Below, one piece after another: positions 34,127 to 44,903 of a DNA stretch of 64,000 nt. The stretch is from positions 558,001 through 622,000 of the forward strand of contig JAIVFI010000019.1 in NCBI GenBank assembly GCA_025558095.1, in the 5' to 3' direction. Positions within the stretch are counted from its first letter, which is position 1. Each line of letters starts with the position of its first letter. The notes under the pieces were generated by a model. The model had not been told where the DNA came from and made no database searches. It saw nothing but the letters and a program-made list of their open reading frames with translations. Position numbers and translations under genes: made by a program. The DNA is from Hyaloraphidium curvatum SAG 235-1 (taxonomy: Eukaryota; Fungi; Monoblepharomycota).

Positions 34127-36330
34127 CGGCCGGAAGGGACCGACCATTTGCGAAGTTCCAGAACCGATCGTAGGGACCGGTTCCTAGAGGACACAAGTAC
34201 TTCAGGGAGCGTCCTCCCCACGCCCTCCATCACCAACGCTGCCGCAACCGACCACCATGCGCGCCACCTCCTACCTCGCCGCCGCCGGCGCCGCCGTCCT
34301 GGCCCTCGTCGGCCGCTCCGACGCCCAGGGCGTCGCGTGGGCCGGGCGCTCTGAGCTCGCCGCCCTGACCGGCTGCACGTCCGGCCAGCCCGGCACCAAC
34401 GCCCCTCAGGTGAGCCTAACCCCGTCTCCAGGTGTGCTGAGCAGGCGCTGATACTGTTTCCGCCCCCCCAGGTCGACACGGCCCGCACCAACATGACCAG
34501 GGCGGACATCACGGTCGCCGCCTGGACCAAGCCCGTCTCCGGCCGCAAGATGACCATGTACCTCGGCAAGGAGATGCACGGCACCGCCGTCTGCGTCGCC
34601 GACTCGGTCGGCAGCACCGGCACCTGCCGCTACGACTTCACGCTGCAGGGCACCTGGCGCACGCTCCGCGGCTGCGCCTGGTCCAACCCCGACACCACGA
34701 GCCGCCCCGGCTACGAGGTCCGCAACAACACGGTCTACCTGGAGTGGCAGGACGTCTTCCCCGGCGGCAACCGCCAGGCCTCGCGCTATGCCTACCCGGT
34801 CTCGATCGCCCTGCCGACGACCGTGAACGTGCAGACCGACATCAAGGTCCTCGAGGAGTCGGGCATCAAGAACTTCAACCTGACGGGGCTGTCGTACGAC
34901 ATCACCGACGGGCAGCGCTTCCTGATCGTCGACTTCACCATGTTCTCGAGGTGCGCTGCTCGCGGGGTGGCGCTGATGGGCCGCGATCTGATTTTCCCCT
35001 CCCTCCAGGTGGCCCAACAACCTCACTCTTGACGCCGACTCGGGCTACATCCAGCTGCCCGGCTACACCGGATCCGTCGAGATCGTCTCGTACACCCTGC
35101 CCACCTGCGTCAAGACCGACGGCTCGGCCAGCACGGCCTTCACCACCCAGGACTTCTGCTACCAGAACGGCCAGCTGAAGATCGCCATCGGCGACGTGTG
35201 CAACGTCGGCGGCACCTACGCCTTCAACTTCGACACGAACTGCTTCCCCGGCGCCGCCAACACCAACACCTGCACGGGCAAGGTGCTCACGGCCAACGCC
35301 CTCATCGGCACGCCCAACGCCTCGGGTGCCCTCGAGCTCGACCTCTGCAACGCCCTCCTGAACACCGTGGCCGCGGTCACCGGCGTGATGGTTGCGGACA
35401 AGCCCCAGGGCTACTTCTTCGGCGACACCGTCCTGCTCACGGCCACCTTCACCTCGCCCGACCTGCCCATCTACGAGGCCCGCCTGACCAAGATGATCCT
35501 CGGCCGCAACAAGGTCGAGCGCACGCCCAACATCGGCGCCGCCACCACCGTGACCCGCAACGTCAACACGACCCTCGTCGACTCGGCCGCCGGCCCTGCC
35601 GCCGTCGGTGCCCTCTCGACCCTGGCCGTCAACACCAACTTCACATACCTCCCGACCGCCGACCCCAACGTCGTGGAGATGAAGGTCACGCCCAACATGC
35701 TGCCCAAGCAGGCCGGCGTCGACTTCAACGACAACTCGTTCCTGACCACCGACGACTTCGACTCGATCACCGTGAGTAGCGGACGGATGCGGGCTGCACG
35801 CGATCGCTCGCTCATCTTCCTCCCCTTGCAGGACTACACTTTCTACGCCACCTTCCGCATCTACTTCGACCAGCAGTCCGCCGCCGGCCAGCGCCGCCGC
35901 CGTCTCCTCGCCCGTGACGTGCAGGTGCCCGCCCCGGCCCTGCGTCAGACCACGACGAGCAACCAGAACGCCAACGCCGCCCTGACGGTGCCCCCCAACC
36001 CCAACGCGGTGCAGACCCAGCCCACCACCGCCCCGGTCGCCCCCGTCGCCCAGCCGGCCGCCGCCACCTCGTCCAACGAGGCCCTGGTCATCGCCGCCAT
36101 CGTCATCGGCACCCTCGCCCTCCTCGCCGCCTGCTGCACCCTCTTCGTCCTGCTGGCCATGCGCCGCAAGGACAAGAAGCGCCAGGAGGAGGATGCCTTC
36201 ATCCGCCAGAGGCTCGTGGACGGGCTCGAGTCGGCCAAGGTGCCCGCCTGGGGCGCGTCGGTGTAAGGAGCTCACTGGAGGAGGGAGCGAACTGGTGCAT
36301 GGGACAGCGTGTCTTAGAAGCTTGCACAAT
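34127..36330 (+). repeat. Direct duplication unit B (paired with 20969..23172)
   Basis: Direct sequence comparison. Confidence 0.95.
34257..36266 (+). CDS. Type I membrane/cell-surface protein of unknown family, copy B
   Basis: Same exon structure as 21098..23107. The only amino-acid change I see is WSG vs WAG in exon 1. Confidence 0.85.
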
Positions 36331-36397
36331 AACATCAGAGTGCAACTATCGTTGGCGCTTGCTCCGGGTCCCAAGAACCAGCATATCTTCCGAGCGA

Positions 36398-37638
36398 TCA
36401 GGGAAAGAGAGGCGGCTCTGCTTTCCATCGGACCCGCAAACCGTGCAACCCGAGGGACGTCCACCACCGCCGCTCCCAGCCTTCCCTCCCCGCATAGCTG
36501 TCGTCAAAACTGTTCAGCTGGATCGTGCCACCCCGCGCCAGGAACTCGCACAGCCGGTCGTGGAGCTCCGCCGCGTCGCCGTCCCGCAGGTTGCCGGTGA
36601 CGGTGTGGATCCTGAGCTCCGCGAGCCCGGAAGGAAACCCGGCGAGGAGCGTGCGCGATTCGATGCCGCGAAACCAGAGCTTCCGGAGAGAGCTCAGGCC
36701 TCTGAGGGTGTCCCAAGGGGGAAGTCCCGCCGCCTCGCTGTCGTCCTGGATCAGTTCCGAAGGCGAGAAGCCCGGGATCTTGACGAGCCGGAACAGGGCA
36801 TCCCAGTCCCCGAAGCCATTGATTTTGGTTACCCGTTCGGCGAACCACTGCGAAGGTTTCACGTCAACCTCGAGCGAGGCCGGCAGCGTCCTCTTCTGGC
36901 GCGCACTGGTGGACTTGAGCATCACGATCTCGCGGAGGTTGGGGCATCCCTTCTCGAGGGTGTCGTGGAAAGGCCTGGAGACGACGCCGCAATAGGTGAG
37001 GATCTCGAGCTTCGGCAGCGCCAGCCGGAACGAGGTGGGAGGAAGGCGGCCCTTCATGGGCTGGTTGAGGCCAGCTTTCCCACCTGCTGCGAATCCCCCA
37101 GGAATGCGAGCGTCGAAGCTTCCTTCGATACGGCCATGATGCCGCGGACGTGGCTCAAGACCAGCGGCGCAACCATGCGGTAGGCGGCCTTGGAGGCGCA
37201 CGCCATCTCGAACGCCGCGCGCCAGCCCGCGGCCGCGCGCCCGTCCGTCCGCCGCGGGTCGCCCACGAGGAACTTGGCCACCGCGTGGTATATTTCCGGC
37301 GGCACCGGCGGCGGTTCGGCCGGGGCGACGGTCCTGCGCGCGTGGATCACGGCCGCGACCGTTTGCTTGTAGCGCGCCAGGATGCCCTCCAGCTCCGCCG
37401 CGTGCGCGTCGGCGGCGCGTTGCAGGGCCTCATTGAGCTCCCGCAGCGACTTTAGGTCGGCCTCGGAGCCGGGAGGAGCGAGGCAGCGCCACTTGCCGCG
37501 CCCGTGCGCGAGCTGGTCGTTAACGCGCTCCAGCTCCTCCGCGACCGCAGCAAGGCGGCGCAGAGCGGAGCCCGCGGGGAAGGCGGCATCAATGTCGTCG
37601 GGTGCGGCAGCCAAGGCATCGGGCTGGCCAGCAGACAT
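36398..37638 (-). CDS. Coiled-coil + F-box-like + LRR-like protein (junction near 37010-37150 unresolved)
   Basis: VPPEIYHAVAKFL F-box-like motif in ORF 37054..37638; LRR-like LPKLEIL, CPNLREI, LSSLRKLWF in overlapping ORF 36398..37201. Confidence 0.5.
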
Positions 37639-37772
37639 GGCAGGGCTTGTTCGAATTCGAAGTTGATCAAGGAATCACTGGAATCCCCACATGGCGCAGT
37701 CGAACCCGACTTGAATATCTGTCTGATCTGTCTCTTTTGTTTCAAATGTGACAAATGTGCCTCGCTCCCTAG

Positions 37773-38822
37773 TCACGATCCCGCCAACCGCTCCTTGACG
37801 GCCGCCACGAGCGGGTCGATCGCTGAGGGCGGGAACGGCGAGATGCTGCTGACGTTGATCTCGCACACCACGTACCGCTGGGGCTCGCCGGGTGCCGACT
37901 CGCCAAACATGAAGTCGGCGTCCCACAGGAGGGGTAGTTTATCTTGGGCGAGGCCGACTCGCTCACGGAGCTGCGCGACCCAGCCGCCCTCCCCCTCCAG
38001 ATGGGCCTTGAGTTCCTGCCCCTCGGGCCAGTCCGGTCCGTAGTAAACCCGCTGCCCCGGCTGTGGCACGTCCGGGTGCAGCGCGTTGACCGCCTGGTGC
38101 CCGAACCCCGCGACCGTGTCGCCGACCATGTATGCCCGGATCATGCCGTCCCGCAGGCGCGGCTGCCACGCCTGGTCGATCATGTGGCCCCCCGCGGCGG
38201 CGTCGAAGTAGGGCGCGAGGGTGTCGAAAATGCCGGGGAGGTCCGTGGTGAAGGGCTCGCTCCCGCGCTGGGCATGGCGGACGTGGAAGGAGCCGTCGGC
38301 GGAAAGCTCGACGCGGTACACTCCGATACCGCTGTGGCCGCGGTGCTGCTTGAGCACGCGGGGTCCTTTTGCCAGCCTATCGGGCAGCTCCTTCTCCAGC
38401 TGCTGCAGGCTGTCGACCCGGTGCACGTCGCTGCCGAACGGCAGCTGCCGCGTGTCCAACAGCACGTCCTTGGTCCCCAGCCGCCGCACCGCCTCGGGAT
38501 GCGCGCTGACGAGCACGCCGGCTGCCGCAGCATCGGCGAGCACGGCGTCCAGCACGTCCCGGCGCCGCCCGCCTTCGATCGGATTGCACCAGCAGAGCAC
38601 CGCGCGGACGTCCCGCAGCTGCGCCGCCACTTCGCCGGCAAAGTCGTCGTTCCACACCGCGGGCTCGGCATCGACCCCCGAGCGGGCGAACGCGTCGAAC
38701 AGAGCTGCGAAGCGGCTGGCGGAGGGGTCCGAGATGTCTCGCGTTTCACAGTCTCCTGGGTACAGCAGCGCGATCCGCTGGCGGGAAGCAGGCCCGGGCG
38801 ACGCGTTCTGGCCAATAGACAT
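37773..38822 (-). CDS. Cj0069-family ATP-grasp protein, intronless, bacterial type
   Basis: VLCWCNP, VSAHPEAVRRLGTKDVL, RVLKQHRGHSGIGV, DGMIRAY, LPLLWDADF, YVVCEINVSS. Confidence 0.8.
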   Translation of the reverse strand: MSIGQNASPGPASRQRIALLYPGDCETRDISDPSASRFAALFDAFARSGVDAEPAVWNDDFAGEVAAQLRDVRAVLCWCNPIEGGRRRDVLDAVLADAAAAGVLVSAHPEAVRRLGTKDVLLDTRQLPFGSDVHRVDSLQQLEKELPDRLAKGPRVLKQHRGHSGIGVYRVELSADGSFHVRHAQRGSEPFTTDLPGIFDTLAPYFDAAAGGHMIDQAWQPRLRDGMIRAYMVGDTVAGFGHQAVNALHPDVPQPGQRVYYGPDWPEGQELKAHLEGEGGWVAQLRERVGLAQDKLPLLWDADFMFGESAPGEPQRYVVCEINVSSISPFPPSAIDPLVAAVKERLAGS

Positions 38823-39563
38823 GCTGGCTCGCTTCGGCCGGCTACGAGAGCCACGATCCGGCGGCAATCGAGGTGCGGAGGTGGGAGATGAAGTGATCTC
38901 TCCAGCGGTTTAGCCGCCGCTCCTGTATTTCGATGAACGTCTGCCCCAAATCGCGATACGCTCAATTGAAGCATTTGCCAACGGAGTCCGCACGTGTCGG
39001 CAAGCTCGATTCGTTCCCGTATCTGGCGATGCAGTGCTTTCGGCATCTTCGTCCTCGGGAAGTTCACATGTTTGCCCGACTGTTTGTCCCGGGAAGGTGG
39101 AGTCGAAGAAGGCCGTCTTTGGAGGAGCAGATTAGCTGATAAAACGTGTCTGATTCCGGGCGAATCGACCGCCGGTGCCGCATCTTCCCGACCACGTCGA
39201 TTGCCCGGGTGATCGGTGTGCACAGCCCAGCGGTCGGGTCCCGCCGGCCGGCGCGAGCCGGGGCCGATAGCGGCGCCAAGCTGCGTCGGGTGTCCGAGAA
39301 CGCCAATCAGACAAAGCTGGTGGGCCTATTTCAGGTGCTGATGCAAACCAGAAGGGTGTGTGGGCTGTTGTCTGTGGAGTTTTTGAGTTGCTTTATGCGA
39401 GTGGCGCTCTCGAACGGCGGTCCACGCCCCAGATCAGGCGACGACCGCGGCGGCTCAGATAACGCGCCCACCAAAGTTCCTCCGCGGCCCTCCCCCCCGC
39501 CAGCGCCGCCGCCCTCCGCCGCGCCCGCCGCCCCGCCGCCCGCACCGCTGACCCGCGCTCGCC

Positions 39564-41763
39564 ATGGCCGACAACGCGCCCGCCGCCGCACACGCGGTCA
39601 CCGCCGCAGACGCGGTCACCGCCGCCGCGAAGCCGATGACCGAGGACGAACTGAAGCTGGTGCGCGCGCTGCCGCAGCCGGCCCGCACCGCCGCTAACCC
39701 CCGCGGCGCAGGCGAAGCTCGGCTACCGCCAGGAGCTCGACCGGTGCGGTGCCTGAACGGGTCCACTGCGGCACCCACCCACTGACCCCGCCCGCCGCCC
39801 GCAGCTCGCTCCACTGGTTCCACAACTTCGGTGGGTGCGCTCCCCGCGCCGGAAAATGGCTGCGCTGACCGCCCGCCGCGCAGGCATCTCGTTCACCATC
39901 ATCTCCGTGCCCACCGGCATCTGCCCGCTGATCGGCTACTCCCTCGGGGTGGGTGGCGCCACCGTGCAAAATGGCTGCAAAAGCTGACGCCTCGTGCTCC
40001 TGCCGCGCACCGCAGACCGGTGGCCCGGCTGTCATGGTCTGGGGGTGGGTTGCGCGCCGGCCCCACGCCCCTACCGCGCTGATCACTGTGCCTGCAGATG
40101 GTGGATCGTTTTCGCCTTCGTCTTGACCGTGGCGGCATCCATGTCCGAGATTGTCAGTGCGTTCCCGACCTCGGGCGCGCTCTACTGGTGGGCCGCCAAG
40201 CTGGGCGGCGAGAAGTACGGTGGGCATCGCTGTGATCTCCGCGGCCAAAGGGACCGGGCTGATGGCTTTCCGCAGGACCTCTGGCTTCGTGGATCACGGG
40301 CTGGTTCAACCTTTTCGGCGAGGGTATGTAGTTCGTGCAGGCCTGGAACCCGGACGGGCGCTCACTCCCTCCCCACCAAAGTTGGCCTGATCGCCGGTGT
40401 CGGCTACACCTTCGCGACGGCGCTCGCCGCCACCGTGACCCTTGCCAACCCCGACATCACCTTCTCCCTGCCCGCGCTGTACGGCTTGTACGCCGGCGTG
40501 CTGATCGTCTGCGGCATCATCAACTCGGTCGGCGAGAAGATCCTGGCGCACACCACGACCGTCTCGGGTGAGCTTGGGCATTATCTTGCCCGATGGTATG
40601 CGCTGATCCCGGATCCGCAGTCATCTTCCACCTCGTCTTCATCTTCCTCACCGTGATCTGGCTCCTTGTGGCCGCGGGCAGCAACAAGCAGCCGGCCAGC
40701 TGGGTCTTCCAGGGTTTCAACAACATCACGGGCTTCGGCGACGTCTACGCCGCCCTCCTCGGCCTGCTCATCTCGCAGTGGACCTTCTCGGGCTACGACG
40801 CCTCGGCCCACCTGTCGGAGGAGACCAAGTCCTCCGACTCGGGCGCCGCCAAGGGCATCATGAACGCCGTCTCGGTCTCCTTCGTGGCCGGCTGGTTCCT
40901 CATGGTCGGCATCCTCTTCGCCATCCCCAACGTCGAGGATGCGCTCGTCGGCGGCTTCTACGGAATCCTCTTCGAGGTCCTCGGCCAGAGCGGCGCCGTA
41001 GCCATGTCGGCGCTCTTCTGCTGCATCGTCTTCCTGTGCACCCTGGGCTGCATCACCAGCAACTCGCGCATGATCTACGCCTTTTCGAGGGACGGCGCGC
41101 TCCCCGGCAGCAAATGGTGGACACCCATCTGCGAGGCTCGCCTTGGACCTATCCTGATTCGTCGCCCCCATCCAGGGTCCGCCACATCGACCCCCGCACC
41201 CGCACCCCCGTCCGCGCCGTCATCGTGTCCACCTGCCTCGCGCTGCTTCTGGCCCTGCCTTCCATCGGCTCGAGCGTCGCGCTGACCGCGCTGATCTCGA
41301 TCGGCACCGTCGGGCAGTACCTCTCCTACGGTGGGCCGCACCGTGCTGCCCGCCGGCGCCCGCAGCTGACCTCCGGCAACAGCTTCCCCCATTTTCCTCC
41401 GCATCACCATCGGCAACGAAACCTTCAAGCAGGGCCCCTTCAACATGGGCAAGTACTCGATCATCGTCGGCTGGATCGCTGTGATCTGGGTCGCATTCAT
41501 CACCGTCGTGTCGGTACATCCCCTCGCCCTCCATCGGTTCCGAAAGCTGACCCCGCCTCCCGCGCAGCTTCTGCCTTCCCAGCGCGTACCCCGTCACGGC
41601 GACCAACTTCAACTACGCGCCCGTGCTCGTGGCCGCCGTCATCATGTACGCCGGGATCTACTGGCTCGTTTCGGCGCGCAAGTGGTACAAGGGGCCCATC
41701 ACGCAGATCTCGGAGGAGGAGCTGGCGGAGATGGAGGCCAAGGTCGAGGGGGAGAAGGCATGA
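39564..41763 (+). CDS. APC-superfamily amino acid permease (GABA/choline Uga4/Hnm1/BAT1-like)
   Basis: Spliced LGYRQELDR, FGISFTIIS, GGPAVMVWGW, SMSEIVSAFPTSGALYWW, GYDASAHLSEET, SRMIYAFSRDGALP, NFNYA; ~11 introns. Confidence 0.92.
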
Positions 41764-42006
41764 GCGGGGCGTGTGCAGAGTTGGGGCTGGCTTGGGAGGG
41801 CGCGTTCAGCGAGACTTGGTGATCTTGGCCTTCAGTCGTCATGTAAGAGGAGATAGAGTTAAAGCTTACTTCACATACCGCGTCTGCATCGCCGACTCGT
41901 GGTTTGGCGTGATTCCGTGCTTCGGTGGGTGGGCGCCTCGCCACGCTGTCTGCTGTCTCCCCTGTCTCAAAGCATCTCCCGGTCGGAAGTGTGCATGCGG
42001 AGCGCG

Positions 42007-43003
42007 ATGGCTGCGGAACGGACGGTCAAGGCCAACGGCATCGACATCGTCTATGAGGAGCACGGGCCCGGCGACGGTCCGCCGGTGCTGCTGATCATGG
42101 GCTTCACGGCGCAGATGCTCCTGTGGCCCGACTCCCTCTTGCACGCGCTGGCGGTCGCCGGCTTCCGTGTCGTCCGCTTCGACAACCGCGACGCGGGCAG
42201 GTCGACGAAGCTTGCCTCGGCGGGCCCGGGCGACGTCGCGGGCGTCATGGCCGCGCGCGCCAAGGGCGACAAGTTCTCGGGGGCAGCCTACACCCTCGAC
42301 GACATGGCCAAGGACGCTGCGGAGCTGCTGGCCGCCCTGAACATCGACAAGGCGCACATTGTTGGCGCCTCGATGGGTGCGTGGTTTCTTTGCCTTCCGC
42401 GGCCAAGTCCATCCCTGACCTCGCTGCGTTGCAGGCGGGATGATCGCGCAGACCTTCGCCCTGAACCATCCGGAAAGGGCCAAATCGCTCGTTTCCATCA
42501 TGTCCAACACGGGCAAACCCGGCCTGAGCCAGGCCAAGCCCGAGGCCATGGCCATGCTCATGACGCCCATCAAAGCCGACACCGAAGCTGAGCGCATCGA
42601 GGCGTTCAAGCGTGCACAGCGGATCGTCGGCTCGCCCGCGTACCCGGCATCGGACGCCGAACTGGAGTCGCTCGCGCTGAGGATGGCACGCCGCGCGCCG
42701 GTGGACCTCGCGGCGAACAGCAGGCAGATGGTGGCGATCATGGCGTCGGAGCCGCGGCACGAGAGGCTCCGAACGGGTGTCAGGTGCCCGGCTCTGGTGA
42801 TCCACGGAAGCGCGGACCCGCTGGTGCCCCTGGACCACGGGGAGGACACGCACAAGTCGATCCCGGGGTCTGAATTGTTGGTCCTCGAGGGAGTTGGCCA
42901 CGACATATCGGATGCCAACGTGAAGCTGTACCTGGATGCGCTGCTGCCTTTTTTGACAAAGGCGGAGGGGAGAAACGTTGGCTCAGGCGGGACCAGGCTC
43001 TGA
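42007..43003 (+). CDS. Alpha/beta-hydrolase (Abhydrolase_1), bacterial type
   Basis: LLIMG..AQMLLWP, FDNRDAGRS, YTLDDMAKD, GASMG nucleophile elbow split by intron 42377..42434, HGSADPLVP, GVGHD. Confidence 0.9.
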
Positions 43004-43217
43004 TTCGGACGTTGATTTCGATGATAGATGTTTGCCGGACCGCCCTTCCTCCCTCTCCCTCCTTCTCTTCCCCCTTTTTTTCTTTCTTCTCAACTTTCAG
43101 ACCTGATCTTCTAAGAGGACACATGATGATCAACGATGTATTTACATTCAACCAATGAGGCACAAAAGACGTGCAAATGAGGTTCCCGATTCGACCCAAT
43201 CTCACAACGGCCACTTT

Positions 43218-44360
43218 TCAGGCAGCGGTGCCGGCATTCTTCATGGCCCACGCGAACACCTTGCCCTGCTCCTCGAGTTCATTCTCGGCCGGGGTCATGG
43301 TGTTGATTCTCGTGATCTTGCCCTGCGCATCCACGGTCGCGCCCATGGCGCCCTTGAGCGCTGCGCATCCGGCAATAGTTCAAGATCGTTCTCCATGAGC
43401 ATTACTCCCGACGGCGGCTCACTTTTGACGGGGAACCCGGAAGGGGCATGGCCGAACGAGTACTCGACGAGGACACCGGCACGGTGGTGCGGGAGGTGGA
43501 CGAAGTCGCCCAACGGCTTGCCGCCGTCGATCCCAAAGGCGAGCCACATTTCGATGCCCTTGCCAATCTCCTCTGAGGGGTCGGAGGAGAGCATCAGACA
43601 CTACCACACCGCAAAATGCAGGCATGCCGGACCAACCTTTGCCCCGGAAGATGCCGGTGGGCGCGAGCCACACCGCGTCGTCCGCCATGGTCTCAAGGTA
43701 CTTGCCAGCCTCGCGGTGGGCCATGTTCTCGAGGATCTTCCTGACCGCTGCTTCGGCCTCCTTGCCCCCCTGGATGGGGCCCATGGCCTTTTCGGCGGCC
43801 TGCCAGTAGGCTTGCTGGATGGGCCGGTCGAACTGTGCGTGAACCCGGGTGAGCTTGCCGGCGTCGTCAAGGTACAGGCGCACGGTGCCCGTGATCGCTG
43901 ATGGGGGGCGGAGCAAGGCTTCAGTGGAGGCCCAAGCCATAGAAGATGCAGAGCGGAGTACACTTGGGAGCGCCAGGGAGGAGTTCGGCCCCGTACTCCC
44001 CCTTCCACGGGCCCTGGATGATGTGCACGCCGGGGGCAAAGTTCATCCTAGCCTTGACCTGCGCAGGGACTTCACTCTTGAGGCCGACGGTGGCGACTTG
44101 TGCGACGGCCTCCTCGGTCTGGGCTTTGCCGACGGTGGTGCTGCCGGGACGATGGGAAGGCGGATCAGCTCGAGAGCGACGCGAGACCGTGTTCGAAAGT
44201 CCCACCCGAGCGCGTGGATGTAAACGAACGTGTCGGGGTCGGTGCACCACTTCCACGCCCAGGAGAAATCGTTCATCTTGCCGGGCTTGGCGAAGTGGGT
44301 GTTGCAGTCCTCGACCCAGCGCTTGTAGACGGAAACGGCTTCCTGCTCGGTGAGCGGCAT
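43218..44360 (-). CDS. Protein with probable tandem SnoaL/NTF2-like domains, multi-exon
   Basis: Exons give ..LYLDDAGKLTRV.. and YLETMADDAVWLAPTGIFRGK-EEI..DAQGKITRI, two NTF2-like units; ~4 introns. Confidence 0.55.
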
Positions 44361-44903
44361 TGTTGGCGCAATTGGGCCTGGGCGGTGTAGTCGCGAGTGG
44401 TGTGGGTCGGTGCGAATGCGTAGATTCGGAGCGAAGGTCTGGGGCAGAAGTTGAGGAGAATGCACGGATTCTTTTATGTGGCCCCTGCGGGAGACGGTCC
44501 AAAGAAGATTCGACTTCGTTCGGCCGTTCCACGCGAAGGTGTCGTCACGCGCCCTTTTGTCTCCCGCACCTTCGACACTGTTTGATGCATGAACGGGTCT
44601 TTGTGCCACCGAAGGGGTTCTGGGGCACTTTGAGGAATGTGTTCCAGGCTTTGCAGGTAATGGCTGCTAGTATTGGATGGGGTTCCGTGCGCTGCCTGGG
44701 CTTGCGGGCGGCATCGGCGGAACGATCGAACGTTCGATGCTTCCACTTTCGATCAACCCCACGTGCGCCAAACATGTGCTGCGCTCGAGCCCATGCACTA
44801 CGTAGCTTTCCTAGAAGGCGAATGTAAAGCCTCTATTGCAAATGGATGTCGATCTTCCAATTCGGCTGAAGGCAAGATCCAAGCCAAGCGTGAACCCCCG
44901 AGC

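Noticed and set aside
20969-36330. Direct repeats as LTRs or a composite transposon
   Set aside because: The repeats are intron-containing host genes; no transposase, RT, terminal motifs or target-site duplication seen.
23492-41763. GAD plus permease as a GadB/GadC-like acid-resistance pair
   Set aside because: 14 kb apart with unrelated genes between; the permease is a eukaryotic Uga4/Hnm1 type, not GadC.
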